From Octopus sinensis (lineage: Eukaryota), in contig NC_043002.1 of NCBI RefSeq assembly GCF_006345805.1, positions 71,796,001 to 71,860,000 on the forward strand: a stretch of 64,000 nucleotides of DNA, written 5' to 3'. The stretch's first letter is position 1, and every line of letters begins with the position of its first letter. The notes under the pieces are model-generated. The model saw nothing but the letters and a program-made list of their open reading frames with translations. It was not told where the DNA came from and did not search any database. Shown in pieces: positions 40,786 through 55,030 of this stretch. The position numbers and the translations under genes are program-made.

Positions 40786-41889
40786 CAATCAATTTCTTAG
40801 CTATTAGTTGCCTCAGTATCTTGTTTATGTGTTATTCTAAAGTCTAGCTCAGCCTTTCTAAGTGCCTATTATTTGTTTGTATTTTAAAATGCCAGCATTA
40901 CTTCAATGGCTATCTTGTAGAAGTTTGTTCATGTAGAAGATTTTTTTCTTTTTCTATTTAACATTGTTTCACGTTGGCATCCATCTAATATATATTCACT
41001 GTTGCACAGAAGACATACGATTATCACTGTCGCTGCTGCAACTGGTCTCCATTTTGGTTTGCTTAGACGCTCCCTTTTCTCGTTTTCACATTGACTTCAG
41101 GACATTTCTTACATTATTCTTCGTTTCTCTAACACTTCTCTCTTCCTGTTGTTTTATTTTTCATTTGTGTGCTTTAGTTATCAGCCTCATTAAAAACTGA
41201 GATATCTGTTCATATATTTTCTATGTTTCTCTATATATATGTAGTCCACCTTGTTTGCTTGGGTTTTATTGTTCCTTTATGTGAACTCTTAAAGAAGTAG
41301 CAGACTTGTTTGTGATTACTGAATCAGTAGCACATTTTATTATATTTACCCTGGTTATATTGATATTCACATCTGTTTCCAGTATTTTATGATGGCCCTA
41401 TATACGTTTTCTATTATTGTTGAGGCTATTTAATCATTAAGTTTATCTTTAGGAAGCTTTTTCATCAGTTCACAGGTTATCTTCTATCGATTTTAATTCT
41501 TTAAACTCTTCCTACTTTCACATTGTTGCCGTGTTGAAAATATCCAACTTTAGATCTTTCAACTCTTAGATCTTACTCATATTAAATAGCGTTCATATTT
41601 GTAGTGATCTACGTATGTTTGAGATTTACTGATAAGTATTCTGTAGCTACTTAGTAGTGTTGGTTATTTATATTGTTTGATCTCCTTCCACTAGATCTAT
41701 GTTTCTAGCTTAAGTTATTATATGCTTATTTCGTTCGGTGGGTTTATGTCCTGTTCTGACTTATAATTTTTTTCATTACACCCGCATTGTTTTAATTTCA
41801 TGTTAGATATATATTGTGTCTCAATAGGTAGCCTGTTAAATTATTTAATATCTTGGGATCCATAGTTACTTCTATACCAGAACTATTAA

Positions 41890-41940
<51 letters not shown>

Positions 41941-42797
41941 CCTCTCTTTATATGTGTTATGGTAGTCTCATTTTTGTAAAGATATTTAAAGTAAAATATG
42001 TAGATACAATATATGTGCCTAAAATTGAAACATTTCTTTTGAGATCATTTTTACGTGTTCTCTTTTGGTTAAAAACCATTTATTTAGAATCTAATTTGAG
42101 ATGGTCATCATATTATTTCAATCAATTACTGCTCCATATCAATTGCACCAATGCGACAATTTTCACATATTGTTTACATTCAATTCAAATAAAGCAATCC
42201 ACTTTGAATTTTGCATCACAAACACCGCTTTCATTGTACATTTTCACCAACTTTATCTGGAGATTATATGATCTGAAGTTTGTTAGTGTGTTTAGATGTA
42301 TTGGCTAATATGTTTTTATTTTACATGCTCCATTTCTTACACATTTTAAGATTAACTTAAAATGTACTCATTCTCAAACGGTTTTCATTTGTATAGTACC
42401 TCTTGCTTAGTTTTAAACACAATATGTTTGTTGTTAAATGCTCGGCTTGTGTGTCGGCAGTGCTTCCATATTTTCTATTGTACTCAAAATACTGCCCATA
42501 ATAGGCGTTCAATCTCTCTATTCTTCCACTAAAAGGAATGTTAATATTAATGCAGACAGTAACGTTGAGTAGTATCTGTGTTTTGTGGGAGAGTTTACTG
42601 TACCAACATGTGCAATTCGAACGAGTGGTAATTGATCCCTACCATTACAAGATCATTGCCCACATCTACGGTTTCTGGTTATGAGTTCTGATTATCTGTA
42701 ATTGATCTTCATGTCTATATCAAATTCGAAGCATCCATTCTTATATAATCCAAGTAATGGATTATACTCAGTTATACCAGATCAGTTACACACACAC

Positions 42798-42847
<50 letters not shown>

Positions 42848-42861
42848 ATATATATATATGT

Positions 42862-43000
42862 AAAGGGAAAGTTTACGAAAATAAACAAAAGACGAAGGCA
42901 GGTGGAGTACAAAAAACAATATATTAGTATAGAAATGAATAGAAAAAGTATTTTACGTTTCGAGCCTACGCTCTTCGACAGAAAGATATACAGAAAAAAA
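42862..43000 (-). mobile_element. Short PLE pLTR fragment with hammerhead-like motif
   Basis: Minus strand CTGTCGA-A-GAGC GTAG GCTC-GAAA-CGTA-AAA; same family as 57940-58122; ends in (TA)n. Confidence 0.7.
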
Positions 43001-43035
43001 ATATATATGTATGTATATATGTATGTATATATATA

Positions 43036-43141
<106 letters not shown>

Positions 43142-43429
43142 GAATCGGGTCATTAGGACACTTTTCCAGCAGAAACAGGTTGTCGGATGGGAATTGGAGG
43201 AAAATAATGCATTAATAAATAAATTCTGAAAATGTATAATTATTTATGACGTCTTCTATGTATGTATGTACATGTGTGAGTGAGTGTGTGTGCGTATGTG
43301 TGTGTGTTTGTGTGTGTATTGTAGGCGGGTAGATTGTCGTTGGTTTGTATTTGTTTCTTTAAGTGAGCAAAATGATTTTATGCTTTTTTTGTCATGAGAA
43401 TAAGGGGATATTTTCACTCTGGAACCTAT

Positions 43430-43872
43430 TCACGTTTTCTTTCACGTTCTTTCAATAAATCATTGACGCAAGCGGATTGAGAATGTCTGTTGAGACTCTA
43501 TAAGATCCTGGTGCTTTCCATTCAATCATTTGTGTACCGGAGGAACCCGGATAACATCTCTTTGTGATGGCTTCCCGCAATATATTATTTTTGAGACGTG
43601 TTTTCAACATTCTCATTCTCTTTGAGCCTTTAGTTTGTTCTTACGCCTTTCTAAAATGCTTCGACTTCTCCCGCAGTTGGTGATGTATGAATTTCTACTT
43701 CGCGATAAAGTTGTTTGAAGTTGGAGTTTTGTACTTTTTTTTTTAATAATCGGTTCCTTTGGTGCTGTGTGTAGATATATATTCTTTCTGGTGTTGTTTG
43801 ATTTCGGATACTTCTTGTTACTATAGTACATTTATCGCTGTTTCTGTATGTAAATATGTATTTACGTATTTT
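43430..43872 (-). mobile_element. R4/Dong internal fragment (region just upstream of RT)
   Basis: NFKQLYREV...PTAGEVEAF*KGV...WKAPG, matching the family pattern P..EE.E.FW..IW and NWKAPG. Confidence 0.6.
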
Positions 43873-44594
<722 letters not shown>

Positions 44595-44682
44595 GTTATT
44601 ATTGTTGTTGCTGTTGTTTTTGTTGTTTCTGCTGCTGTTGTTGTTGTTGTTATTGTTATTGTTATTATTATTATCATTATTA

Positions 44683-44733
<51 letters not shown>

Positions 44734-44765
44734 CATTATTATTATTATCATTATTATTATTATTA

Positions 44766-44814
<49 letters not shown>

Positions 44815-44817
<3 letters not shown>

Positions 44818-45178
44818 TAGTCTTATTTTTATCACGTCCTTTCACCGCACTACCGAGCGCAGCTCTGTGTGCCTTGAATATGTGCTGTTATTTGTTGTGA
44901 TGCTCTTATTTTTACTGCATTAGAAGTGTTATACGTAGGATGTTTGCAGTGCCTAGCAGTGCTATTTTCTGTATGTTATAGAAATTTGTCAATCCTGGTG
45001 TTTTTGTAATGTATTTATTTGAATATTTTATTTTTATCATACCTAATGCTCCTAGTATGATAGGTACTGTTTCTGTTCTTAGACTCCTCATTCGAGTTAC
45101 CTCTATTTCCAGAAGTTTCTCCGTTTCTTTTAGAGAAACGTTGTCATCTGTTAGTACTGATACATCGATTAGAAAGCA
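44815..45178 (-). mobile_element. R4/Dong 3' fragment (endonuclease + 3' UTR)
   Basis: CFLIDVSVLTDDNVSLKETEK, ETVPIILGALG, IQKIALLGTANIL; same 3' UTR as 4866-5017. Confidence 0.88.
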
Positions 45179-45228
45179 TTATTATTATAATTGTTATTAT
45201 TATTATCATTATTATCATTATTATTATC

Positions 45229-45263
<35 letters not shown>

Positions 45264-46201
45264 TATTATCATTATATTATCATTATTATTATTATTATCA
45301 TAATCGTTATTAATGTTATTATTGTCATTGTTATCATCGTTATTGTTATTGTTATTGTTGTTGTTATTGTTATTATTATTGTTGTAGAAACTGATCTAAA
45401 TGCATCAGACATGGCTACTTCAGAATCAAATAGAATATTCATTAAAACTGATAAAATTTTAAAACAGGAAACGAAATAAAAATGTCGAGTATCGGACAGA
45501 ATAACACGAATCCAAAACCGGAAATCATTCATCAATATCAATGGAATAGTGATGACGGATGTAATGGAAATGACAAAATATTTGCACCAGTGATAGTAAT
45601 GCATTGTTTCTGTATTATCACATTTTGATAAGTTGTATAATACTAGTATTTGAAGTCATCACCTATATAGTCACCAACTCTAAAAATAACCGAATCAAAG
45701 CCAGACAAATTTTGTCGCAAACAAAGGATTTTAATCACGACAAATGATAATTTTATCTAAAATATTAAGAGCGGAACGCAACCTTTGAAAAATTACTCAA
45801 AATACAGCGCATAAAATACTACCGCATGGCGAGAAACAAATTATCACGACAATAGTAATAGTTTCTAATTAGAGTACAAAGACAGCATTTTTAAAGAAAA
45901 GGTGGACATAGGTGTTAATCGATGCCATTTATTCTACTATAGGACTGGTACTTTATTTTATTAAACCCGAAAAAGGAAAAGGCAATATTCATGTCGGTGG
46001 GATGAAAAATCAGAAGGTAAAATCCGAAACAAACACCTCATATACTTTGGTCCAACCCTCGAAAGATTTCGCTTGCTCGTCACTTTAAGCAGTTATATAT
46101 TATTAAAAATTTATTACAATTTAAACAAAAGGCAAAACGTTCAGCTTATTTATTACGTATACATCGGTGAAGGGATAAATGGAGAATAGGCGAAAATGTT
46201 T

Positions 46202-46343
46202 TTGCTTACGAACTACATGGTTCCGGGCTCAGTCCCACTGCGTGGCACCTTGGGCAAGTGTCTTCTACTACAACCTCGGGCTGACCAAAGCCTTGTGAGT
46301 GGATTTGGTAGACAGAAACTGAAAGAAGCCCGTCGTATAAATG

Positions 46344-46390
<47 letters not shown>

Positions 46391-46610
46391 GTGTGTGTGT
46401 GTGTGTGTGTTTGTGTGTCTGTGTTTGTCCCCCGAACACCGCTTGACAACCGATGCTGGTGCGTTTACGTCCTCGTAAGTTAGCGATTCGGGAAAAAAAG
46501 ACCGATAGAATAATTACTATGCTTACAAAAAATACGTCCTTGGGTCGATTTGCTCGACTAAAGGTGCCGCTCCAGCATGGCCGCAGTCAAATGACTGAAA
46601 CAAGTAAATA
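46202..46610 (+). mobile_element. SINE family B
   Basis: Family body with internal (TA)/(TG) array. Confidence 0.88.
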
Positions 46611-47178
46611 GAATGATCGAAAATAATCAGAATATATGCTATCTGGCGACAAATAACATTGATCCGAATGTAGGTTTGTGTCACAAGTATTTTAAAAATA
46701 TATATTGTCAAAAGCAACAGATTAGAAATAGATCACTTAAAATACTAAATAAGTGACGATGATGAAATTAATAATCAAATAAATTATGAAATATAAATAA
46801 AAACAAGCAAAAAAGGCAAATAATGAGAAGACACAAAATAAGTGTAATACACATTCCGAAGCGTTAGTAAAAAACATGTACACGCATAATTATAATACTT
46901 ATAATAAATGAGAAAGATATATATATATATATGTATATATAAATAAAGCCCCACATATGTGTAGAACACAGGGAAGAAATAGCTAAACCAGATCCGGTGC
47001 GGAACATATGGGGACATCAATATCAATCATAAAATAATGTATGAAACAACCTCAATTTTCTGGAACGAAAGTAGGAATTTCCTCAAAACTTTTCAGACAA
47101 GAACAGCAAAACCTAATTAAAAGCACAAAACAAACCTGCAGAGAAAGACAGACTATATAAATAGTAATGATGATGATG

Positions 47179-47247
<69 letters not shown>

Positions 47248-47289
47248 TTAATAATAATAATAATAATTAATAATAATAATGATAATAAT

Positions 47290-47680
47290 AATAATGGCAA
47301 TGGTTTCAAATTTTGCCACAAAGGCAGCAAATTTTTGGTGGGTGGGGAGTAGTCAATTACATCGACACTAGTGTTCAACTAGTACTTATTTTAGCGACCC
47401 CGAAAGGATAAAATACGAAGCTGACCTTGGCAGAATATGAACTCAGAACGTCGCGGCAGATGAAATATCTCTAAACACAGAGAGGACAAACAAGGACAGA
47501 CAGACAGATTAAGTCGATTATATCGACCCCAGTGCGTAACTGGTACTTATTTAATCGATCCCGAAAGGATGAAAGGTAATGTCGACCTCGGCAGAATTTG
47601 AACTCAGAACGTAACGGCGGACGAAATACGGATACGCATTTCGCCCGGCGTGTTAACGTTTCTGCCGGCGCGCCGTCTTA
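47290..47680 (-). mobile_element. SINE family A dimer
   Basis: Two body units, junction shortened by a deletion, single head at ~47640-47680. Confidence 0.85.
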
Positions 47681-47705
47681 TAATATTATTATTATTATAT
47701 TATTA

Positions 47706-47745
<40 letters not shown>

Positions 47746-47918
47746 AAAAATAATAATAATAATATATTATTATTATTATTATTATTTTATTATTATTATT
47801 ATTTTATTATTATTATTATTATTATTATTGTTATCATTATTATTATTATATTATTATTATTATTATTATTATTATATTATTATTATTATTATTGTTATTG
47901 TTATTATTATTATTAATT

Positions 47919-48113
47919 GTTGGACAGATATAGTGGTCTGAGATCATGAAGAAAAAATGCCTTCTAATTGATGTATCAATACCAGCAGATGATAGCGTTT
48001 CTCTAAAAGAAATGGAGAAACTTTCAAAATACAAAGGCCTGGAAATAGAGGTAAATCGAATGTGGAATCTAAAAACAGAAACAATTCCTATCATAGTGGG
48101 CGCATTAGGCATG
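47919..48113 (+). mobile_element. R4/Dong restriction-like endonuclease fragment
   Basis: DIVV.DHEEK.CLLIDVSIPADDSVSLKEMEKLSKYKGLEIEVNRMWNLKTETIPIIVGALGM. Confidence 0.88.
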
Positions 48114-49030
48114 TGCTGCATCTGAGAAAGTAACAGTTACTTCGTTATATATATATATGTACGTAAATATGTGTGTATGTATGTATGCACTCATGTATGC
48201 ATGCATGTATGTATGTATGTATGTACGTACGTACGCATGTGTGTATGTATGTATGTATGTATGTATGTATGAATGAATGTATGTGTGTGTGTATATGCAC
48301 GCACACACGCACACACACACACACACCCTATAGATTTAATGCTAGAAACCTGTAGTGGTGGATAGATGTAGACTGACTACTCATTACAATAATATCAACT
48401 TCCAACCTACCCCGCCGAAACTAGGAAGTGATTTACGACCCTACCCCCCCCCCCCCGATAAATCTCTAAAACCTATTATGAGCCACTTATCTCTATATCT
48501 CAAAACGTTTGCTTTAGTATTACTTACCTTTTGTTTTTTGTTTTTTCTTCCTTACATTTAGTTAGTTCAAGTTATTTATATATACGTATGTATGTGTGTA
48601 TGTATGTATGTGTGTGTGTATGTACGTACGTACGCATGGCGTATGTATGTGCGTATGTGTGTGTGTGTACATGTACGTGCGTATGTACGTGTGTATGCCC
48701 ATAGGCATGTATGTATGTATGTGTGTATGTGCGTACATGTACGTGCGTATGTACGTGTGTATGCCAATACGCATGTATGTATGTATGTATGTATGTTTGT
48801 ACTTATGTGCTACGTATGTATGTGAGTATCTAGGAGAATGGGCAGACGCGTCTCTGTGTGTATGTGTGTGTGTGTGTGTACATGTGTATGTGCATATGAA
48901 CGTATGTCCGTGTACTGGTAAGTGTCCGTCCAAGTTTGTACATGACTGTTACTTTGTTGAAGGTTGTGTATATACACACATATATGTTTATATAGACGCA
49001 CACACACACACACACACACACATATCTATA

Positions 49031-49073
<43 letters not shown>

Positions 49074-49233
49074 GGAGTAAACACATAAATGTGAAACAAG
49101 GTGGAAAAAAGAGTACTCAAATACCAGTGGTAGAGTAATATGCTTTATTTTAAGCAGCAGAAAATTCAACAAAATCTGTTGAATACAGATTTTGTTGAAT
49201 TTTCTGCTGCTTAAAATAAAGTATATATATATA

Positions 49234-49306
<73 letters not shown>

Positions 49307-50276
49307 GTGGTGTGTGTGTGTGTGGGTGGGTGGGTGGGTGTTTTTCCCTCTCATCATCGTCTAACGGTGAATGGATACAACGTTTAGGTGCAACTGTGCA
49401 CATATAACCATATACGTATACACAAGTACACACAATCATATAGACACACTCATAAATATACGTATAATCTTAAAGTATACACTCATATATGCTTATCCAC
49501 TTCTACATACATATGTACAATTACACACATACACACATACACACATACGCACACACGCATACATACATATGTTTAAACATACATACGCACACACACACAC
49601 ATACATACATAAATATGACAGTATTTAAGGGCAACAGTTAAAAATCGAACATGCATTATATTAACCTATCTGCTCTTTTTTTATATATATGCATAAACGC
49701 ATACATATACAATACATACATACATACATACATACTAATATGTGCATGCATGTCCTTTTTTTTTATAGCACCATACACGCACATACGTATCAAACAACGT
49801 ACGCTCATACGGTTATATATAACTGCACATATGTATTTTAGCACCACGCATTTCAACATGTATGTAAGGATTACATGTAAACGAGGGAGAGGGGTGGTTA
49901 TAGAATGGTCCTGCTGAGTGGGATCTGGATGTTACTCCATTCGGATTTTCGGTTGAGAGTAGGTTTATATTCTTGTATGCAAATAGCTTCTGTGACCTGT
50001 CTCAACCTTTTCCTTCGGTCGGATGTGTTGATGTCAGTCTACACCTATCCATCACTACAGGTTTATAGCTTTAAATCTATAGTGTGTGTGCGTGTGTGCG
50101 TGTGTGTGTGCATATACACACATACATGCATACATACACACATGCATACGTACATACATACATACATACATACATACATACATACATACATACATACATG
50201 CATACATGCATACATACACACATATATACGTACATATATATAGCGAACTAACTGTCACTTTCTCAGATGCAGCACA
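48112..50276. repeat. Inverted duplication: 48112-48377 versus 50033-50276
   Basis: Unique flanks (TGTGCTGCATCTGAGAAAGT; CTATAGATTTAA...GTAGACTGAC) and the enclosed (TATG)n array recur in reverse complement. Confidence 0.8.
49143..49221. repeat. Perfect 37-bp hairpin with 5-nt loop
   Basis: 49143-49179 is the reverse complement of 49185-49221. Confidence 0.95.
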
Positions 50277-50384
50277 GATTTTGGTCAGTGAACAGGTCGC
50301 GGTCTTAAAGCGACGAAAATATTTTGACAAATTAAACTTATATGTTATTATTATTTATTTATTTATTTAATTATTTATATTTTT

Positions 50385-50594
50385 TTATTTGTTTCAGTCA
50401 TTTGACTGAGGCCATGCTGGAGCACCGCCTTTAGTCGAGCAAATCGACCCCAGGACTTATTCTTTGTAAGCCTAGTATTTATTCTATCGGTCTCTTTTGC
50501 CGAACCGCTAAGTTACGGGAACGTAAACACACCAGCATCGGTTTTCAAGCGATGTTGGGGGGACAAACAGACACACAAACATATACACACACAT

Positions 50595-50660
<66 letters not shown>

Positions 50661-50815
50661 GACGGGCTTCTTCCAGTTTCCGTCTACCAAATCCACTCAC
50701 AAGGCTTTGGTCGGCTCGAGGTTATAGTAGAAGACACTTGCCCAAGGTGCCACGCAGTGGGACTGAACCCGGAACCATATGGTTGGTAAACAACCTACTT
50801 ACCACACAGCCACTC
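50385..50815 (-). mobile_element. SINE family B, well-preserved full-length copy
   Basis: All family segments present in reverse complement. Confidence 0.9.
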
Positions 50816-50826
50816 TATGTATGTTA

Positions 50827-50874
50827 GTATATCAAGAAATATGTAGTTCCTTTTGATTAAGTGCTATTATTTCT

Positions 50875-50906
<32 letters not shown>

Positions 50907-51281
50907 TTCTTCTTCTTCTTCTATTATTATTATTATTATTATTATTATATTATTATTATTATTATATTATTATATTATTATTATTATTATATTATTATTA
51001 TTTATTATTATTTATTCATGTCAGTATAACCTGTTGATTAAGTGGTATTATCAATTTATTTATGTGAGTATTTCAAGGAATATGTATTTCCTATTGATTA
51101 AGTACTATTATTTCTTCTTCTTCTTCTTCTTCTTCTTCTTCTTCTTCTTCTTCTTCTTCTTCTTCTTCTTCTTCTTCTTCTTCTTCTTCTTCTTCTTCTT
51201 CTTCTTCTTCTTCTTCTTCTTCTCCTTCTTCTTCTTCTTCTTCTTCTTCTCCTTCTTCTTCTCTTTCTTCTTCTTCTTCTT

Positions 51282-51313
<32 letters not shown>

Positions 51314-51398
51314 TGTTAGTATACCCTGATGATTAAGTGGTATTATCAATTTATTTGTGAGTATATCAAGAAATATGTATTTTGTGTTCATTAAGTGC

Positions 51399-51460
<62 letters not shown>
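50827..51460. repeat. Higher-order repeat: ~90-bp unique unit + (TTC)n/(TAT)n spacer, about 2.5 copies
   Basis: GTATATCAAGAAATATGTA at 50827, 51068, 51361 (periods 241 and 293). Confidence 0.85.
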
Positions 51461-51462
<2 letters not shown>

Positions 51463-51464
<2 letters not shown>

Positions 51465-51990
51465 GGTGGCGAGCTGGACGAAATGCTTAGCGGTATTTCG
51501 TCTGCCGCTACGTTATGAGTTCAAACTCCGCCGAGGTCGACTTTACCTCTCATCCTTTCGGTGTCGATTAAAGTACCAGTTACGCACTGGTCGATATAAT
51601 CGACTTAATTCGTTTGTCTGTCCTTGTTTCTCCTCTCTATGTTTAGCCCCTTGCGGGTAGTAAAGAAATAGGTATTTCGTCTGCCGCTATGTTCTGAGTT
51701 CAAATTCCGCCGAGGTCGACTTTGCCTTTCATCCCTTCGGTGTCGATTAAATAAGTACCAGTTACGCACTGGGGTCGATATAATCGACTTAATCCGCCTT
51801 TATGTCCTTGTTTGTCTCCTCTGTGTTTAGTCCCTTGTGGGTAGTAAAGAAATAGGTATTTCGTATTTCTGAGTTCAAATTCCGCCGAGGTTGACTTTGC
51901 CTTTCATCCTTTCGGGGTCGATTTAATAAGTACCAGTTACGCACTGTGTCGATGTAATCGACTTACTCCCCTCCTTGTGGCAAAAGTTTT
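51463..51990 (+). mobile_element. SINE family A head-to-tail trimer
   Basis: Units start GGTATTTCG at 51492, 51671, 51855. Confidence 0.9.
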
Positions 51991-52329
51991 CTGTTTTTTT
52001 TATTTCTAACTTTTGCTAGCATGTTCGGGCATAGGGCAAAATAATGTAAAACTGCTCCGATGCTTGTCTTGTACTGTATTTCACCGAAATAATAATGCTA
52101 ACATGCATAAGCTTAATAAAATAATGTACCAGTCAGTCACTGATATAGAGTTCTATGTTCAAAATACAAATTATCATCATTATCACCATTAAAATTATAA
52201 CCAGCACCACCGTCATCATCATAATCACACTTTCTCCCATTGCGCGTGCATATGAAATATTTCTACTTATTAAATTGTTTTATTAATAATTCCATCTTTA
52301 GAATATTTCATGACATGAAGGTCAGCATA

Positions 52330-52612
52330 TGAACTAATGCCTAAGAGAAACAGTCTGTTGATCCTGGACATTAGCGCGTCTGGTGCGAGAACTCATGGGG
52401 CCGGTTGCCTTCTTTCCATGCCATACAAGTGATAGGGACCACAACATCACACTGGGACGGGACACTAGTCCGTTGCTGGTTTACTCATTTAGAACTGAAT
52501 GAACTGGAGCAATGTAAAATAAAATGTCTTGCTCAAGATCACAGCGCACTACTCCTTCCGGGAATAGAAACCGCGATAATTAGTGCAATGCCATAACCAC
52601 TTAGTCATGTGC
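52330..52612 (-). mobile_element. SINE family C
   Basis: Minus strand ACATGACTAAGTGGTTATGGC...TGCGCTGTGATCTTGAGCAAGACAT (CORE-like). Confidence 0.6.
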
Positions 52613-52654
52613 TATTATATCTCACAGGATGTGTTTTAAATAATCCTTTCTACT

Positions 52655-53090
52655 ATAGGTACAAGGCCTGCAATCTGGGAGGAGGGGACAAGTCGATTAC
52701 ATCGACCCCAGTGTTTCACTGGTTTTATCGAGCCCGAAAGAATGAAAGGCAAAGTCGACCTCAGCAGAATTTGAACTCTGAAAGTGCAGGCAGACAAAGT
52801 GCCGCAAAGCATTTGGTCCGACGTGCGAAAGATTCTCCCAGCTCGCTGCCTTATATACTTTAAATTATCTTTTCTACTCTAATCAATCCATTCTGTGTGC
52901 TAACCATTCTGCCAGCTCGTTCCCTTATATACTTTTCTACTCTACCCACAAAGCACGAAATTTTGGGGGAGGGGAGCCAGATTAGATCGACCCCAGTACG
53001 CAATTGGTACTTAATTTATCGACCCCGAATGGATGAAAGGCAAGGCCAACCTCGGCGAAATTTGAACTCAAAACGTAAAGGCAGATCTAT
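52655..53090 (-). mobile_element. Two SINE family A pieces
   Basis: Family body at 52670-52850 and 52960-53085. Confidence 0.75.
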
Positions 53091-53334
53091 TTATGTTTAA
53101 AAATTTATGTTAAACAATTGAATGAATTTAGTTAAAGCATCTAAATATGAAGAATCGAGAAAATTTTTCACTCTGAAGTCCTTCGTGAGCGACACATTTT
53201 TCCATTCGAGTCAATACAGAATTAGAGATAGTATTTATGGAATAATAAAGAAACAGATAGTATTTATAGAATTTTGATTTACTTACGGGTGATTTTTGGC
53301 CAAGCCTATATATTTTTTCATATATTATATACCT

Positions 53335-53565
53335 ATTTATTTACTACCAACAAGGGGCTAAACACAGAGAGGACAAACAAGGACAGACAAACGGATTAAG
53401 TCGATTACATCGACCTCAGTGCGTAACTGCTAGATAATTTATCGACCCCGAAAGGATGAAAGGTAAAGTCGACCTCGGCGGAATTTGAACTCAGAACGTA
53501 ACGGCAGACGAAATACTGCAAAGCATTTCACCCGGCGTGCTAACGTTTCTGCCAGCTCGCCGCTT
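53335..53565 (-). mobile_element. SINE family A with linker-type 3' end
   Basis: Head plus body plus linker ending AAATAGGTAT on the minus strand. Confidence 0.88.
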
Positions 53566-53979
53566 TATATATTTTAAATAATAAAGGGAAAATATTCCTT
53601 CTGTTACATATTTCAGTAGTTATACTACGACTACGCAGTAGTGACGGCCAGTAGGTTTATGTAATAAATAGGCCACAGTTCTTATGTTATGTCTTAACCA
53701 CACACCCAAACAGGGCCAACTGAAGAGAAATTACTACAAAAATATATATACTTTTTTATAGAAGTATCGTTCTGATATCTATTTGTTTAACATAAAAGGA
53801 AAGCCTGGTGTGGTAACTTTTTAAAAATTCAAATACTGACCATGTCGAAATTTAGATTTCCTCGTTATATTTTAAAATATAATATATAGTGAGTCAATTT
53901 ATTTTAATTACATTCAGTACGTAGAACGTTGACTGAGGTCGTTTCCTTCAACTATATACTCTCAATATTAATCATCATG

Positions 53980-54150
53980 AAGGTGGCGAGCTCGCAAAAT
54001 CGTTAGCACGCAGGGCGAAATTCTTAGCGGCATTTCGTCCATCTTTATGATCTGAATTCAAATTCTGCCAGAGTCGGCTTTTTCTTTCATCCTTTTGTGG
54101 TGTATAAAGTAAGTACTAGTCGAGCACTGGGGTCAGTGTAATCAACTTAC
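53980..54150 (+). mobile_element. SINE family A, diverged
   Basis: AAGGTGGCGAGCTCGCAAAATCGTTAGCACG...GAATTCAAATTC. Confidence 0.75.
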
Positions 54151-54155
54151 TCGCG

Positions 54156-54210
<55 letters not shown>

Positions 54211-54849
54211 ACAAACTCAGAAGCACACACACACAAGTATATATGTGCGCGTATGTGTGCGTGAATGTATGTATATAATTCATTTGAAACTGAAACTCAA
54301 AGTAGATAAAGCTACAAATAATAACCAGCAAATATTTGTTTAAAACAAATATGCATTATTGCCCTGCTGGTGTGAGTATCTCTTTAAAACAGCAAGGGTA
54401 AAGAGGATAACTGCTGAAAACTGCTTCAATACCTCCAGCATCTATACCCAGATTATAAATTCACATTTATAACAATATTTAAAGCAGTTGATTGAAATGT
54501 TCTATCTGATTATATCATCTAATTTAGAGTCACCATATTTTAAGTTTCAGAGAAAAAAAAAAAGCAGGCACAAAAATATTTTAATCCCGCTACCTGTACT
54601 TCCACTAATTGATCTGCTCAGATATATATTGTTAAAGCAATGGATAAATGTCGATTTTCGCATAAATTAAAGGCTCGGATATTGCAGTGTGAAGAGGGTT
54701 AATAGTAGTTATAATGATTAAGCATATTTCATAGGCATAAGAAGCGAGATTATATACCTTACAACGAAAAGGGTTTTTCCAGTTTTAGTTACCAGAATCA
54801 TATCATTTAATACAATGTTGATTACAATAACTTCTCGGATATAGGCCGA

Positions 54850-55030
54850 AGGCCTAAAATATCAGGTATCTGGGACACCGATCCCAGTATTCGATTTGAA
54901 CTTATGTTATCGACTCCGAAATCATGAAAGGCAAAGTCGACCTTAGTAGAATTTGAACTCAGAATGTAACAATAAAATGCCGCTAAGGTTTTTGATCCGG
55001 TTTGCTGCCGATTCCGCCAGTTAACCGCCT
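54850..55030 (-). mobile_element. SINE family A, diverged
   Basis: TGAAAGGCAAAGTCGACCTTAGTAGAATTTGAACTCAGAA. Confidence 0.75.

Noticed and set aside
41200-42780. Possible decayed LINE coding sequence on the minus strand
   Set aside because: No diagnostic motif recovered with confidence.
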